DNA of 64,000 nt from Octopus vulgaris (lineage: Eukaryota). Shown here piece after piece: positions 13,735 to 25,437 of this stretch. The DNA lies in the NCBI GenBank assembly GCA_951406725.2, contig OX597835.1:39246001-39310000 (forward strand), in the 5' to 3' direction. A model generated the notes under the pieces. That model saw only the letters and a program-made list of their open reading frames with translations, made no database searches and had not been told where the DNA came from. Within the stretch, counting starts at the first letter, position 1; every line of letters starts with the position of its first letter. The translations under genes and the position numbers were made by a program.

Positions 13735-13810
13735 ACAGCGTCAACATGAGCTATAACATTTATAGGAACAACAATAAAAATGATCAACGACAACAACAAC
13801 AACAACAATA
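13250..13810. repeat. Compound trinucleotide tract (ACT)n-(AAT)n-(GAT)n-(AAC)n
   Basis: Direct inspection. Confidence 0.95.
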
Positions 13811-14254
13811 TTAATAAAACAACATCAACGACTACGATAATGGCGATGGTGGGGTGGGGTGGGGGCGATGGCCGCGACTAATAAATAAATAAATAATTGA
13901 ATGAATGAATAAATAAAAATGGAATTAAAAATGAAACGTGAAAAATTTAATTATGTTAGTTTATTAACGAGTTTCAAATTGCTGGAACTCTAATTAACCA
14001 CATAAAATTGCAATTTTCCAAAACAACAATAATAGCAATGAAATAAATTTAATGATGGCATAAAAAAAAAAACGAAGTAATAAAAAAAAATGATTTCTGT
14101 ATTTGCTAAATGCAAGAAAAATGTGATACGAAATTTAGATTGAAAAATAAAATTAATTTATATTTCTAATGGTTGCGCAGACGTAACGAGGCCGCACCTT
14201 GCAAGCTGGAGCAAGCAGAAGCGCAGAAGATTTCAGTTAGACATACACACATAA

Positions 14255-14538
14255 ACATATGTGTGTGTGTGGTGCGTGTGTCTGTGTGCATACATATATA
14301 TATACATATACGTGTGTGTGTATATATACATATATACACTCATATATCTATCCATACATGTGTATGGATCTGTGTTTGAGTGTGTGTGTGTGTGTGTGTG
14401 TGCATACATATATATACATATACGTGTGTGTGTGTATATATACATATATATACACTCATACATTCATCCAAACATGTGTATTGATGTTTGTTTGAGTGTG
14501 TGTGTGTGCATACATATATATATACATATACATGTGTG

Positions 14539-14578
<40 letters not shown>

Positions 14579-14815
14579 AGCATATATGTGTACATATAGA
14601 CGTACATACATAGATATTCAATATATATATATATTAATATATATATATACACTCATACATACATCCATACATGTGTATGGATGTGTGTTTGAGTGTGTGT
14701 GTGTGCATACATATATATACACATACATGTGTGTATGTGTGTATATATATATATATATATATTTACAAGCATATATGTGTACACATAGACGTACATACAT
14801 AGATATTCAAAACAT
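14255..14815. repeat. Higher-order tandem duplication of a microsatellite-derived unit of about 100-300 bp
   Basis: cactcata...atccatacatgtgtatggat..tgtttgagtgtg recurs 3 times, and caagcatatatgtgtac..agacgtacatacatagatattcaa recurs twice. Confidence 0.8.
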
Positions 14816-14816
14816 A

Positions 14817-15741
14817 TGATTGATTGATTGATTGATTGATTCTAGTTTCAGCTTATGAGCTGTGGCCATGCTGGGGCACCGCCATTTGGTGTTGCTACTT
14901 GGTTTCACTTCACGAAAGCTTTCTAGCAACTGCCATTTGGTGCATGAGAGAGTTCGATGCAGCTGCCCTCATCTGCCCCTCCTGCCGTGAAGTTGGTTCA
15001 TCTGGGACACCTGACAGGAAGAGATCCAGCTTCATTTTAAAGACATCTGCATCCACCCCATGCAGGTCTCTCAGGTTCTTCGGGAGGATATTGAAGAGCT
15101 GTGGGCCTCGGAAGCCCAGGCTATCACAGAATCTTATCCTACATCTTGATGGCAAGTTTGGAGTCCTAGGCACCACGCAGTGGCGCCCAGTTCTGGCATT
15201 TGCGTAACTCTCGATGCCAAAGTTCAGGACACGTCCCTCCAGGATCTTCCAGATGTATATTATGGCATATCGTTCCCGCCTACGCTCCAGGGAATATAGT
15301 TTTAATCTCTTGAGTCTTTCCCAGTAGCTTACATTCTGCATAGAGGCTATCTTCTTCGTGTAGCTACGTTGGATCGCCTCGAGCTCTGTGATCAACTTGA
15401 CACTGGATGGTGACCATAACTGAGAGCAGTAGTCAAAGTGGCTTAGGACAAGTGTCCTCCAGAGGACCATCATGGTTTCTTGTTCTCTTGTTCTAAAGGT
15501 TCTGAGGATCCATCCGGCCAGTCGTCTACATTTTCATTGCCAATTTAGCAACATGTACACGAAAGGTCGCGTCATCACTCATGTAAATACCTAGGTCACG
15601 CACTGATTGTGCCTCTGGGATTGCTATTCCTCCGGGTCCAGTGTATTCATTGGGTATTGCATTTAGTTTTGCATGCTGATAGTATAGAGCTTGAAACTTT
15701 TCAGCATTGAACTGCATGCTATTCTTTTCGGCCCACTTGTA
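14817..15741 (-). mobile_element. 5'-truncated CR1-group LINE (RT C-terminal region, 3' UTR, (AATC)n tail)
   Basis: MQFNAEKFQ, VRDLGI, DYCSQLWSP, LEAIQR, YWERLKRLKLYSLERRRER and FNILP motifs. One frameshift near 15526. Confidence 0.92.
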
Positions 15742-15789
15742 TATATATATATATATATATATATATTACGTTTTTATATTTGTTTTGCA

Positions 15790-16000
15790 AAATGGCTGGC
15801 CGTTAGTAAGGAGAGACACACAAATAAGAAAGAAGAAAGCAAAGGACCACTGATGCGGTCACAGGAGTGTGACGAAAGAACTCTGGCCGAAATAAGATTA
15901 AGATTAATGTAAAAAATAAATAACACTGAAGCAAAGTAGCACCAAATATATAGTGCGTGTGTTTTTATTGGCTAAACTGGCAAAATGACCATTCCTAAAT

Positions 16001-16005
<5 letters not shown>
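15790..16005 (+). mobile_element. PLE-type terminal repeat with a variant HHR at 15844-15888 (second copy at 29068-29270, - strand)
   Basis: gga cca CTGATGC g gtcac aggagt gtgac GAAA g aa c TC tgg cc. Both copies end in (TA)n. Confidence 0.7.
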
Positions 16006-16067
<62 letters not shown>

Positions 16068-16533
16068 TCATACATCCATACATACATGTTTATGCATGTG
16101 TGTGTGTGTGTAAACAGCGTTGAGGTAACAAAGACTTGAAGATTAGCTAAGCTGGTTTTGTATTTGTAATAACTTATGTAACAACCTTCACTTTGTTTGG
16201 AAACAATTGTAGTCCCACTTTGCCTGCTCCTCTCCTTACCTTTCGGATTTTGATTCGAATTCTTAGCTGTGAGCGTCAGCCTATCGAAATTCCTTTTGTG
16301 TGTGTGTGTGTGTGTATGTGTGTGTGCGTGTGTGTGATTGCGCGTGTGTGTGTGTACAGATACAGATGTTTGTTCTTCTGTCGAATTTTAATGTTAGTTG
16401 AAGAATTACTGAATCATTTTCGTAAAGAACATATTTATTGCACTTTTACAAGTAGAGTGTTGACAGAGACTGATATGTTTCAGCCTGCTAGCTATCATGA
16501 GACAATCCGACATTGAAGACGCCTCTTGTAAAA

Positions 16534-16589
<56 letters not shown>

Positions 16590-16590
16590 T

Positions 16591-16810
16591 TACTTTTACT
16601 CTTTTACTTGTTTCAGTCATTTGACTGCGGCCATGCTGGAGCACCGCCTTTAATCGAGCAACTCGACCCCGGGACTTATTCTTTGTAAGCCCAGTACTTA
16701 TTCTATCGGTCTCTCTGCCGAACCGCTAAGTGACGGGGACGTAAACACACCAGCATCGGTTGTCAAGCAATGCTAGGGGAACAAACACAGACACACAAAC
16801 ATACACACAC

Positions 16811-16853
<43 letters not shown>

Positions 16854-17022
16854 CATATATACGACAGGCTTCTTTCAGTTTCCGTCCACCAAATCCACTC
16901 ACAATCCTTTGGTCGGCCCGCGGCTATAGCAGAAGACACTTGCCCAAGATGCCACGCAGTGGGACTGAACCCGGAACCATGTGGTTGGTAAGCAAGCTAC
17001 TTACCACACAGCCACTCCTGCG

Positions 17023-17024
<2 letters not shown>
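16591..17024 (-). mobile_element. SINE family A, full length
   Basis: Near-consensus copy. Confidence 0.92.
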
Positions 17025-17087
<63 letters not shown>

Positions 17088-17120
17088 ATATACATATATA
17101 TGTATGTATATATATATACG

Positions 17121-17188
<68 letters not shown>

Positions 17189-17223
17189 CATACATATACT
17201 TTATTTAAAAGCAGCAGAAATAT

Positions 17224-17276
17224 AACAAAAGCTGTTACTCAGAGTTTCACGTTCCCGTTCGTCGGACAGTTTTGTT
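17224..17276 (-). ncRNA. Minimal hammerhead ribozyme, U4C core variant
   Basis: Minus strand: aacaaaactgt CCGACGA acg ggaa cgt GAAA ctc t gag TA acagcttttgtt. Confidence 0.65.
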
Positions 17277-17376
17277 AAAATATTTTAATACATTACTCTA
17301 CCTCTGATATTTGAGTACTCTTTTTTCCACCTTGTTTCACATTTATATGCTAACCGGTATACATACATATATACAT

Positions 17377-17840
17377 GTGTGGTTAGAAACTTGCTTCCCA
17401 ACCAGATGGTTCCGGGTTCAGTCCCACTACTTGGCTCCTTGGTCAAGTGTCTTCTACAATAGCCTCGAGCCGACTAAAGCCTTGTAAGTAGATTTGGTAG
17501 AGGGAAGCTGAAAGAAGCCCGTCGTATATATATATGTGTGTGTGTGTATGAATGTGTGTGTGTGTATGTATGTATGTATGTATGTATGTATGTATGTATG
17601 TATGTATGTATGTATATGTGTATGTGTGTCAGTGTCTGCTCTTGTCCCCACCACCGTCGTTTGACAACCGATGTTTGTGTTCGTGTCTCTGTAACTTAGC
17701 GGTTCGGCAAAGAGACCGATAGAAAAAGCATTCAACTTACAAAGAATAAGTCCTCGTGTGGATTTTTTCGACTAAAACTCTTTAAGGCTGTGCTACAGCA
17801 TGGCTGCAGTGATTTGACTGAAAATATAAAAAAATAAAAG
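17377..17840 (+). mobile_element. SINE family A, diverged
   Basis: Head, internal (TATG)n and tail. Confidence 0.85.
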
Positions 17841-18405
17841 AATATATATCAGGTGTTCTTGCTTCAATAGTATCGCCAGTATTTATGGAGAAATCCCTTA
17901 AATTCGTATAGTTTTAATTCCCTATGACAGCCTCTGGCTCACTTTGAATCTACACATTCTTTTATCGAGAGAATCATACCTCCGCTTATACTCTTTTTCT
18001 GTTAGCTTACAGTCATTGTTGTTGATATTTTGATTCTACGCTTCCTCACTCTCTCTAGGAAGACTACACGGCTCAGCACTGCAACTTTCCTTTATTTACT
18101 TCCATATTTTTCAGGTATTTCCCTTTACTGAGTTTCCTTTTGTCGTTTTTTATCTTCATATTCCGTAGCTGCATTTCAATTTAGGCGTTTTACATTTTTC
18201 CACCTCTTTTGTTGTTGGTTCTTTTTTTTTATTGAAAGCGATTTGCCACTTCAACCCTATTTTTTTTTTTTTTTTCTTACCTTATTATATAAACAGAAAG
18301 CGCACTTCTGCTACATAATGAAAGTTTCCTTCTATGAAATATCAATGTTTTGCTTGTTTTGTATCTATTTGTATTTGTAAGCCATTATTCTTTGCTAGAG
18401 TTTTA

Positions 18406-18802
18406 GGCGGAGTGGCTGTGTGGTAAGTAGCTTGCTTACCAACCACATGGTTCCGGGTTCAGTCCCACTGACTGGCACTTTGGGCAAGTATCTTCTACCA
18501 TCACCTCGGGCCGACCAAAGCTTTGTGAGGGGATTTGGTAGACGGAAACTGAAAGAAGCCCGTCGTATATTTGTTTACATATACATATATGTGTGTGTAT
18601 GTTTGTGTGTCTGTGTTTGTCCCCCTAGCATTGCTTGACAACCAATGCTGGTGTGCTTACGTCCCCGTAACTTAATGGTTCGGCAAGAGAGACCGATAGA
18701 ATAAGTACTAGGCTTACAAAGAACAAGTCCTTGGGTCGATTTGCTCGACTAAAGGCAGTGCTCCAGCATGGCCACAGTCAAATGACTGAAACAAGTAAAA
18801 GA
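18406..18802 (+). mobile_element. SINE family A, full length
   Basis: Matches the consensus throughout. Confidence 0.92.
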
Positions 18803-19289
18803 GACATAAATGCAGTTGTGTATTGTGTATTCCAAAATGATTTTAAATTTTACTTGCATAAACTCTTTGAATTCATCCTAAACATAATCGTTTTATATCA
18901 CGTTGCGGGACGAAGTATTTCAAAAGCAATCATTTTTTCCCCCTTGTTTTTTTCCTTTTCTGACCAGTCTTACTAATTTGCTTATCTTCATTTTGGTTTA
19001 AGATACCAAATTGAGAACATTGTTGATTACAAGCATTGCGATGCAGCAATTGTTCTGACGAAGACGGAAATGGATACGAAAGAATCAAACCGAAAACAAA
19101 ATGGTATTATAACTATAATTTATATCATAGTTACGGCTGTATCGTAACTTATAGATTATTACTACGCCAGTTAGAGAATTGATACCTATTATCTTATTTT
19201 TTGTATTTAACTGTATTCTAAGTATTAATCTAATGCATCTTTAATATTCTTTTATAACTTTTTTCCATTGGTGTATGTTGTTTTCTATC

Positions 19290-19560
19290 TACTTTATTGA
19301 TTCCCAAATATTTAAAACTCTGTGTTTGGTCAAATTATCGTTTTGGGTTGTTGTTTTTTTTATCCTAATGTTCTTACTTTTTATCTCTTTCTCTTTAAAG
19401 TTACTCCAGCTCAATTTTCTTTTCTGAATCTCATAAACATTCTGTTAATAAATTCCTGTACTGTGTATAATAGATCTCTAGATCTTTTATCACCTGCAGC
19501 CAACAACATCGAGGTCGTCCATAAACAAAATGGTTTATTATCCTGTCATATTATATTTTC
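19290..19560 (-). pseudogene. Degenerate non-LTR RT fragment (R4/Dong-like)
   Basis: Minus strand shows INH..FMDDL (with an indel) and downstream FKYLGI. Confidence 0.5.
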
Positions 19561-20501
19561 TTCTAGCTTCAGTTTTGTTTAAGGCGCTAAACTAAGAATG
19601 TAGTTCATTCTAAGCATTACGATGCAGCAATTGCTCTGACGAAGACGAAGAGAGATACGAAACAGTAAAACCAAAAAAGAAAAAAAACGGTATTTGGTTT
19701 AAACCACAATCATAAAAGGGTACGTCTCTTTCTAACTTTGAATAGAAACCTAGGGTTTTTTTCTATGTGATAACTTACGTAAATGTTCCTTCCCTTATAT
19801 CAGTCATTGGCTTGCAGCCATGCTGGAGCACTATCTTAAAGAGTTTTATGAAAAAAATTCACACCAGAATATATTCTTTTTTTTTAAGTTCGTACTTAAT
19901 CTATTGTAAACGGTTGCCGAGCCATTAAGTTACGGGGACGAAACAAACTAACACCGGTTACGAATCGGTGTAGAGTGTGTCTGCATACTGACACACACAT
20001 GCACACACATATACACACACAAACACACATACAAACACACACACACATACACACAAAGACACACAAAGGCACACACAAACACACACACACGCACATACAA
20101 ATACACACATACACACAAACACGCATACAATCAAACACACACACATACACAGGCACAAACACACACACACACAAACACAGGCACACACTCACTTACAGAC
20201 CATCACACAAACAGATATGGTTGACTTTAGTACAGCTTCTATCTAACAAATTTATTTACTAACCATTGGTTAATCCGGGATTATAATAGAAGATACTTGA
20301 TCAAAGTCCCGGGTTCAATCCTTCTGCGTGGCGCGTGTCTTCTACTATCGTCAGGGGATGAGTAAAGCCTTGTGAGCGAACTTTGTACACGAAAACCGCT
20401 TGGAATCCTGTCATATTTATACATATGCGTTTGTGTGAGTGTGAACGTGTGTGAGAATACGCATGCACGTGTCTGCGTGTCTTTTTGTTTGTGTATAAAC
20501 A

Positions 20502-20890
20502 TGTGGTAAGTATCTTGCTTACCAACCACATGGTTCCGGGTTCAGTCCCACTGCGTGGCACCTTGGGCAAGTGTCTTCAACTATAGCCTCGGGCCGACCA
20601 AAGCATTGTGAGTAGATTTGGTAGACGGAAACTGGAAGAAGCCCGTCGTATATATGTATATGTATGTGTGTGTATATGTTTGTGTGTCTGTGTTTGTCGC
20701 CCCAACATCGCTTGACAACTGATGCTGGTGTGTTTATGACTCCGAAACTAGCGGTTCAGCAAAAAGAGGTCGATAGAATAAGTACTAGGCTTACAAAGAA
20801 TAAATCCTGGGGTCGATTTGCTCGACTAAAGGCGGTGCTCCAGCATGGCCGCAGTCAAATGACTGAAACAAGTAAAAAGAAAAAGGAAAA
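20502..20890 (+). mobile_element. SINE family A (older copies at 19800-20290 - and 20307-20410 +)
   Basis: Matches the consensus. Confidence 0.9.
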
Positions 20891-21002
20891 AAGAAAATTA
20901 CTTTTTAGAAGTCGACTGATATATACACTCAAATGGCAAATTATTTTATACAACCAAGCCTATTGTTATTACTAAAAGGACATAGATATGTGTGTGTGTG
21001 TG

Positions 21003-21365
21003 TGTAGAGCAATCTTCAGCTGCACAAAGACATAGGATTTAATTAAATTAGGACATATTAGTATAATTTTACCCAAAATCTCCAAGTGGATAAGGAGATA
21101 GACAAAGAATATGTTTTACCAACATCATAGTTGTAACTATGATGTTGTTACTAAAACATGTTCTTTGTCTATCTCCTTATCCTCTTGGAGATTTTAGGTA
21201 AAATTATACTAATGTGTCCTAATTCAATTAAATTCTACGTCTTTGTGCAGCTGAAGATTGCTCTACATTTTAAATTAATGTAATGATTGCATTGTTCAAT
21301 TAAATGGAGTCGCATGAAACGATCGTACTGCATTAGCTCTGGATATCCTTGTTACTTATTTTGAT
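21003..21365 (+). mobile_element. PLE-like fold-back (arms 21003-21132 / 21135-21268) with HHR at 21246-21332
   Basis: tgcag CTGAAGA ttgc...gcat GAAAC gatc GTA ctgca, with palindromic ACGATCGT stem III. Embedded in (TG)n. Confidence 0.82.
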
Positions 21366-21375
21366 GTGAGTGTGT

Positions 21376-21432
<57 letters not shown>

Positions 21433-22502
21433 TCTATTTTTCCGTTTGCTATTCCTTGGAGGAATGTGGACAGAGTCTGCTGGTATCTCCTCTATAGCGT
21501 CTCATCAGAAGCAACTGTCATTTCCCTTTCCGGATAGATTCCCAAGCGTGACCGACCGAGACTATGGATACTAGCCAACCTTAGTCTGCCTCTCGACCTC
21601 TGAGTGGTTTTCTCAGCTTCAAAAATCTGTCCTGTAACTTTTTTTCCTGTGACATTCTAATCACACATCCTTCGTGTCTCTTATTTGGGAGAATTTAAAA
21701 CAGCTTTTATAAATTTTCTTTTTAGTAAATAAACTGCTTTTCTTGTAGGTGAAAACTCATTCTTAATTTCAAAATGTTTGTTTTACATGTCTCCTCACTG
21801 TGAAATTAATTACTCTATAACACAAATATTTATTCATTGTTATCTAGCAGTGAACGACTTGAAATTATTTTATTTCTATTCTTTTTTCTACCATTTTGCA
21901 AATGCCTTCTTACTTCAAAACGTTGATGTGTTTTTGCGCCCGGAATTCTTTCTGCGAATTTAAGCGCTTATAAAAGGACATTCATTATACGGTGTCTCTA
22001 CGGCTAATAAAGTGTTTTAACATCACGTATTTCGACAGTAAAATTGATGTTATTAAATTCTATCCAGACTGCTTCTTATTTCCTGTAACGTTATTTATTT
22101 ATGTAATAAACGCATTAAAACAAATCACTTCCTAAATAATGTAAAATTCAAAATAGCAGTATCTCATTTCCGCGAGAATACCGTCATTTGAGAAGTTTAT
22201 AGCATATATGTGCGTCAGTATGTATGTATGTATGTATGTATGTATGTATGTATGTATGTGTGTATACACACACAAACACACATACGCACACACGCACGCA
22301 CACACACACACACACACACATATATAATGAAGTCGTGAGAGTTAAAATGATTGTGGTACAGGCAGTTGGTTAGCATCAAGCAGAGACACGGTTTCTAAAT
22401 ATAACACAAAGCGGATAAAATTCGATCAATAAAGTTTATTAATCAATGTATGTCATACGCTTTGTCCCATATCGAATTAGATAGTGTATATGTGTATGTC
22501 TT

Positions 22503-22552
<50 letters not shown>

Positions 22553-22555
<3 letters not shown>

Positions 22556-22998
22556 AAATAAGCAACAAGGATATCCAGAGGTAATGCAGTACGATCGTTT
22601 CATGCGACTCCATTTAATTGAACAATGCAATCATTTCATTACATCAATTTAAAATGTAGAGCAATCTTCAGTTGCACAAAGACATAGAATTTAATTAAAT
22701 TAGAAGGACACATTAAGAGGATAAGGAGATAGACAAAGAACATGTTTTACCAACAACATCATAGTTGTAACTCTAATTTAATTAAATTCTATGTCTTTGT
22801 GCAGCTGAAGATTGCTATACATCTTAAACTGATGTAATTCATTGTTCAATTAAAAGGAGTCGCCTGAAACGATCGTACTGCATTACCTCTGGATATCCTT
22901 GCTGCTTATTTTGATTTTAATCACCTTATTTTGAAATTGTATGGATAATACCGTACTAAATTCTGTTGCCTCAGCTTAAGTACCATATTCATCAGAAT
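22553..22998 (+). mobile_element. Second member of the 21003 family; inverted arms 22553-22703 / 22772-22915; HHRs at 22585-22676 (-) and 22800-22882 (+)
   Basis: Same sequence family but a different inversion breakpoint. (TA)n on both sides. Confidence 0.82.
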
Positions 22999-23216
22999 AT
23001 ATATATATATATATTTAAGTAGTTGAATGAATTATCCTAGTATGGATAATTCGGTTAACCGATACCTGGGTAGCAAATTCACGTCAGAAAACACGGTTGA
23101 AACTACATGCCAAGAGCAGAGATCACGTGCTTTCGTGTGGAAATTTGTGTGTGTTTTTTTAACTATAAATAAATGAAAGAATGGAGTCGAACGATGATTT
23201 AACAAAATTTCTTTAT

Positions 23217-23297
23217 TCTCGACATATGTTTCGAAGACTGCATATTCCTAATCCCGAAGGAATAAGTGGTGCATTATGCCGCCTTCTCATCAGGAAA
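23217..23297 (-). ncRNA. Canonical type I hammerhead ribozyme (GUC triplet)
   Basis: tttc CTGATGA gaaggc...gtcttc GAAAC atat GTC gaga, with palindromic ACATATGT stem III. Confidence 0.88.
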
Positions 23298-23874
23298 GAC
23301 AAGGAACTTATGTCAGCATCATGACGAACAAAATTTTTTTAGATGACTGCCCACACGGAGTCCATAGTGATAATGAGTGTTTCTTTAAAATATTCCGTTA
23401 TAAGCAGTGACGTCAAAATTGGTTGAATGGAGAAGATTCTAGAAAGTTCAAGAATTCAAAAAAGGTTGGAAGGGGAGATTTCTAAGAATAGGAAGGTGAC
23501 AGGGTGCAAGTCGTATGTATGGTGATGTGTTTGTCTTTGCTTATGCTAATGAGATTGAGTGCCTATGTGTGTGTATGTATATAACTGCATTCGTGTCTAT
23601 GTGTGTGTATGTGTGTGCGTGATTGTGTGTGTGGGGGGGATAGATGCCAAATACAACTAGTGGTGAAGTGACAGGTTTGTGTCTGTGTATTTGATTGTGC
23701 TTACGGTAGAGAGAGGGAGAGAGAGAGGGGGAGAGGTAGAGAGACAAAGGTAAAACATACCCCAACGAATTTGGTAGTAGTCCTTCATGAAATGGATTAC
23801 AAAAATTTGTCTATGGTGGTGTTGTAGAAGTGGAACCAAATTATTAAATTTAAGGAGGTTATCTATATTAATCA

Positions 23875-24231
23875 TCATTCATATGAGTTGAAGGTGTATT
23901 TCTGCCAGTGCATGCACCTATAGGATTTTTCTACCATTGTGTTTACTAAAGGGAATTTGGCGAAAAGTATATGGAAAAGTTCGGAATTACAGACGCCACA
24001 AAATTTTCTGCCTTTATCAAACGGAAAGGATACAGACAATATGGACCATTCCAGCTTGAAAGTTATATTGCTGTCCTTAAGGCGCCAAACTAATTTACTT
24101 ACTCCTGTGCTTTGTTGTTTTCTCTTATCTCGGGAAGTTGAATAATGATTGGAAATCCTCTGGGATAATCTAGAAGTAGTCGCCCCAATGTAGAAGAAGA
24201 CACCGGTACCGGAAGAAATTTTACACTTATA
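23875..24231 (-). pseudogene. GIY-YIG endonuclease domain of a PLE; 118 uninterrupted codons plus stop, no start codon, absent from the ORF track
   Basis: YKCKISSGTGVFFYIGATTSRLSQRISNHYSTSRDKRKQQSTGVSKLVWRLKDSNITFKLEWSIL...FCGVCNSELFHILF...VNTMVEKSYRCMHWQKYTFNSYE*. Confidence 0.88.
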
Positions 24232-24236
24232 ATTTC

Positions 24237-24277
<41 letters not shown>

Positions 24278-24284
24278 TTTTTTT

Positions 24285-24497
24285 AATTCCTTTATTGTTT
24301 CAGTTATTTGACTGCGGCTATGCTGGAGCACCACCTTTAGTCGAGCAAGTCGACCCCAGAACCTATTCTTTGTAAGCCTAGTACTTATTCTATCGGTCTC
24401 TTTTGCCGAACCAGAAACACACCAGCATCGGTTGTCAAGCGATGTTGGGGTGAGTGGGACAAACACAGACACACAAAAATATACACGCACATACATG

Positions 24498-24551
<54 letters not shown>

Positions 24552-24581
24552 CATACATACATACATACATACATACATACA

Positions 24582-24614
<33 letters not shown>

Positions 24615-24769
24615 GATGGGCTTCTTTCAGTTTCCGTCTACTAAATCCACTCGCAAGGCTTTGGTTGGCCCGAGGCTATAGCAGAAGACGCTTGCCCAAG
24701 GTGCCAGTCAGTGGCACTGGACCCTGAATCATGTGGTTGGCAAGCAAGATACTTACCACACAGCCATTC

Positions 24770-24770
<1 letters not shown>
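24285..24770 (-). mobile_element. SINE family A
   Basis: Matches the consensus. Confidence 0.9.
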
Positions 24771-24802
<32 letters not shown>

Positions 24803-24899
24803 ACACGCACACACACACACATATATATATACATAGTTATCAATGTATGTATATATGTTTGTATGTGTATACGCATACACACATTATATGTGTATAAAG

Positions 24900-25200
24900 G
24901 TGCGTTGCTTGATGCTTATAGTACTTGGGTCATGATCATGAGGCTGTGAGTTCGATTCCCGGTGCTTTGTATCCTTGAGCAAGACACTTCATTTAACGTG
25001 GCACCAGCCCACTCCGTTGGCAAAAATAAGCTGTACCTGTAATTAATTCAAACGGTCAGCCTCGTCACATTTGGTGTATCATGCTGAGTCTTCCTGGAAA
25101 TTTCTATAAAGATACGAGTACCTTTGGTGTGCTGAGCCATATGCCTGTTAATTTTGAGGCGAAGATTGTTCCGTTGATCGGATCACGCGTCGTCGTAACC
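24900..25200 (+). mobile_element. Old tRNA-derived SINE family D with CORE-like ccttgagcaagacactt (other copies: 47830-48510 - split by a SINE A, and 51780-52010 -)
   Basis: B box gagttcgattccc followed by the CORE-like segment. Shared ggcaaaaat segment. Confidence 0.65.
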
Positions 25201-25204
25201 GACG

Positions 25205-25437
25205 AAGAAGAGAAGTTTTGTACAGTTGTGGAAATCAGATTCTCAGTGGATGTTAAGTATATATAAGCTAAAGATCAGCGGTAAGAAAATACCTGCGCTG
25301 GACTATTGAGGAATTTACAGCTATTCTATCCAGATTACAAGTTCGGGTTTAAACCTGTAATTATTGAGACACTATGATATGTAATATACTGCCTAAATAC
25401 CAGTCTTGACAAATAAGGCTTCTCAAAACCAGAAAGG
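25205..25437 (+). pseudogene. Restriction-like endonuclease C-terminal fragment of an R4/Dong-like LINE
   Basis: FCTVVEI..VDV..K..ENT..GLLRNLQLFYPDYKFGFKPVII with stops. Related pieces at 40060-40140, 53740-53935 and 55310-55450. Confidence 0.65.

Larger units (their letters stand above)
23012..24240 (-). mobile_element. 5'-truncated Naiad-type Penelope-like element (GIY-YIG end, 3' UTR, HHR) in (TA)n
   Basis: GIY-YIG frame at 23875-24231, canonical HHR at 23217-23297, (TA)n on both flanks. Confidence 0.88.

Noticed and set aside
8670-13808. Long His/Thr, Glu/Arg, poly-Leu and poly-Ser ORFs
   Set aside because: These are microsatellite translations.
14182-14240. Possible micro-exon RNEAAPCKLEQAEAQKIS
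   Set aside because: No polypyrimidine tract, a weak donor, and no recognisable homology.
19030-19700. Two direct repeats of about 75 bp containing CTGACGA...CGAAA
   Set aside because: The duplication is real, but there is no stem II pairing, so it is not counted as a ribozyme.
23300-24231. Selenoprotein/SECIS, as reported for some Naiad PLEs
   Set aside because: All Cys codons in the visible frame are TGT/TGC with no in-frame TGA. The ATGAA..AAA candidate near 23760-23790 lacks a good stem and the 3' GA.
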